The notes beneath the pieces were generated by a model that searched no databases, was not told the DNA's origin, and saw nothing but the letters and a program-made list of their open reading frames with translations. Below, one piece after another: positions 31,051 through 33,000 of a stretch of 33,000 nucleotides of DNA. This DNA comes from Sminthopsis crassicaudata (lineage: Eukaryota). Location of the stretch: contig NC_133620.1 of assembly GCF_048593235.1 (NCBI RefSeq), positions 118,143,852 to 118,176,851 of the forward strand. Reading direction: 5' to 3'. Made by a program: the position numbers and the translations under genes. The stretch's first letter is position 1, and the number at the start of each line of letters is the position of its first letter.

Positions 31051-32328
31051 CTGATTCTGCATGATTGAGGGGAGAGAAGGGTTAACACAAAGGATCTTGG
31101 ATAGGGTGGACCCCTCCCCCTTACCCCAGTCAGGATTCCCCCTCTCACCGGGGCAGGAGCTGGTTTTTCTAGTGATAGTGTCAGGGACTGAGGCCCCAGA
31201 TACCATCCCCTTTGAGGGGCCCACTTGTGAGACTGGGAGAAACTGAAGGACCGCCAGAAAACAGCTGGGGGGGGGCAGAAAATAGGATACACACCCCAAC
31301 AGGTGCTTTTGTTGTTGTGTTGGGATCCTAGTGAAAGTTCCTGGAGCTTAAGAGGGAACTGTGGTCTGATTTATAGCCCCCCCATATTCCACTTATGACA
31401 ACCCTCTCTTTGGGTTCGTTGGGGAGGGGGATTGAGAACTGAGTAGCCGTGAGTGGGAAAGGTGTTCTGACTGCTCACTTTAGCACAGGAGTTCAGAGTC
31501 AAAGACAGTGACCAAGGAGACAGAGACAGTGACATGCGGAAGCAAAAGAATAATACAAAATCAAAACATTTACTATGTGTGAGGTGTGTTCTGCAAGTCT
31601 GGCCCGCACTCAGAAGTGCTTATGAGCACAAGTGCTGACACCCACAGGGATATATCTGTGAGCCCCCAGACCCTAAAAAAGACCCTTCCTCTAATTGTAC
31701 AAATAGAGGCTTGAGTGGGAGGGCCTGTGTGGGGAGCCTGCCCCAAGATGCCATTAGAAAAAGGGTCTAATATAAAGAGAAACTCCTAGCTCTGAGGACC
31801 ACCATCTCTCCCCCCCTGCCTCAGTTTCCCTTTGAGGTCATTGTTCAAGGTTCTCCCAAGGAGGAGAGATGGTTGTAGCAGAGACAGTGGCTCTGGGGGG
31901 GTGCAGACAAGAAGTGGGTGGGGTGCTTGGAGGGCAGGGCCCTGCAGAGGCCCTTGGGGGCCAGGCTGAGCCCTGGGGGGAGGGGGACAGAGATCCCGTT
32001 TGACCAGTTGGGCCTGTTCTATCCCTTGCGCAAGGTGGCTGCTGCGGTGGTGGCTGAGCTTCAGGAGAGGCCTCTGAGTCACTGGTGGCTCCCCAGTCCT
32101 GACGACCTGGTGATCCCCATTCAGGGGAGGGGAGAGAAGGAATGAGGACCCATCAGCCAGATTAAACCCAGAATGGAAGGCCAGGAAGTGAGATGTTGGT
32201 GCCCAATTTGGCCCTCTCGGCCATTTCCCTCATGCCCTCAGGGTGACCTCTCAGAACGCCTGCCTGTCTCCCTTTGGGTAATGATGTCATCCCCCAAAGC
32301 TGGCCAGTGCACTGGGTTGGGGAGAGGT

Positions 32329-32370
32329 GGAGGAGGAGGAGGAGGAGGAGGAGGAGGAGGAGGAGGAGGA
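32329..32370. repeat. (GGA)14 microsatellite
   Basis: Seen directly. It explains the poly-Gly and poly-Leu ORFs in the track. Confidence 0.95.
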
Positions 32371-33000
32371 GATGGAGTAGACACCACACCCTCCTCACAC
32401 TCCTAGTTTACACTGCACCGGAGTGGTGAATTCTGGGGCTCTCTAGTCAGAACCCTATCCACAAGGCAGAGGTCCCATCCCACTGGCCAGGAAGTAGCTG
32501 CATCCCAGACACAGCAGACTATTTGCACTCAAGATTCCATCTTGTTATTTCCCTGCCTTTGCGCAGACTGCACCTCATTCCTTTCCCCATCCTCCCCAAT
32601 TTGGAATTCACTCCCTCCTCACCTTCGATTCTTGTAATTCAGACCTTCTTTCCCAGCCCAGCACAAATCCCATGCTTGCAACCCTTCCTGTGCTCCCCAA
32701 GGTGTTGGTTCCCTGCCCCCTCATCATGACTTTGTGTGATAGTTAATTATCTATGACCAAATTTTCCCTGCACAGGATAAGCTCCCCGAGGGCAGGGACT
32801 GTTTCAGCTTTGTCTTTCCCTATTCCTGGAACAGTGGATTGAAGAAATCCCACATTGCGATGCTGGTGGGACTTGAGTCCAAGTTTCCTGACCTACACGA
32901 AGGTCCCGGAAGCCCAGACTCCTGGCCCTTCTGGTTTTGGAGCTAGGAGCCTTTGATTTGCAGAAGGGTCTTGAGCAGGGCTCAAGGAATAGCTTGGGAA

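Noticed and set aside
32162-32406. ORFs with poly-Leu (signal-peptide-like) and poly-Gly runs
   Set aside because: Produced entirely by the (GGA)14 microsatellite.
26592-33000. NECTIN4 exon 2 (Ig V domain)
   Set aside because: No GELETSD/LPC…VAW-like sequence is visible in any frame; it presumably lies beyond the window.

Overview
Eukaryotic (mammalian) genomic DNA, most likely an Australian marsupial such as a dasyurid. This is inferred from WSINE1-like SINEs, CORE-SINEs with RTE-type tails and marsupial-type L1 3' ends, not from a database search. Two recognisable protein-coding genes face away from each other, as in the human 1q23 NECTIN4-KLHDC9 arrangement. KLHDC9 (minus strand; exons 1, 2 and part of 3, running off the left edge) lies in a CpG island, and its promoter carries a cluster of RFX X-box-like motifs. 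NECTIN4 (plus strand) is represented only by its signal-peptide exon 1 (26540-26591) and the start of intron 1. The ~25 kb between them is mostly transposon-derived: L1 3' fragments with readable target-site duplications (TSDs), a solo ERV LTR with a 6-bp TSD, L2, MIR/MAR1/WSINE1 SINEs and hAT MITE remnants. The clearest unexplained element is a young-looking ~970 bp retroposed mRNA 3'-end fragment (AATAAA, 30-nt poly(A), perfect 15-bp TSD) about 200 bp upstream of the KLHDC9 X-box cluster. Other items of note are a candidate epithelial enhancer (AP-1 + GRHL + CACCC) ~6 kb upstream of NECTIN4, a shorter NECTIN4 N-terminus than in human, nested insertions and a small local duplication. I found no tRNA, rRNA or CRISPR features and no convincing new multi-gene system. 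Most ORFs in the track are chance ORFs or repeat-derived.
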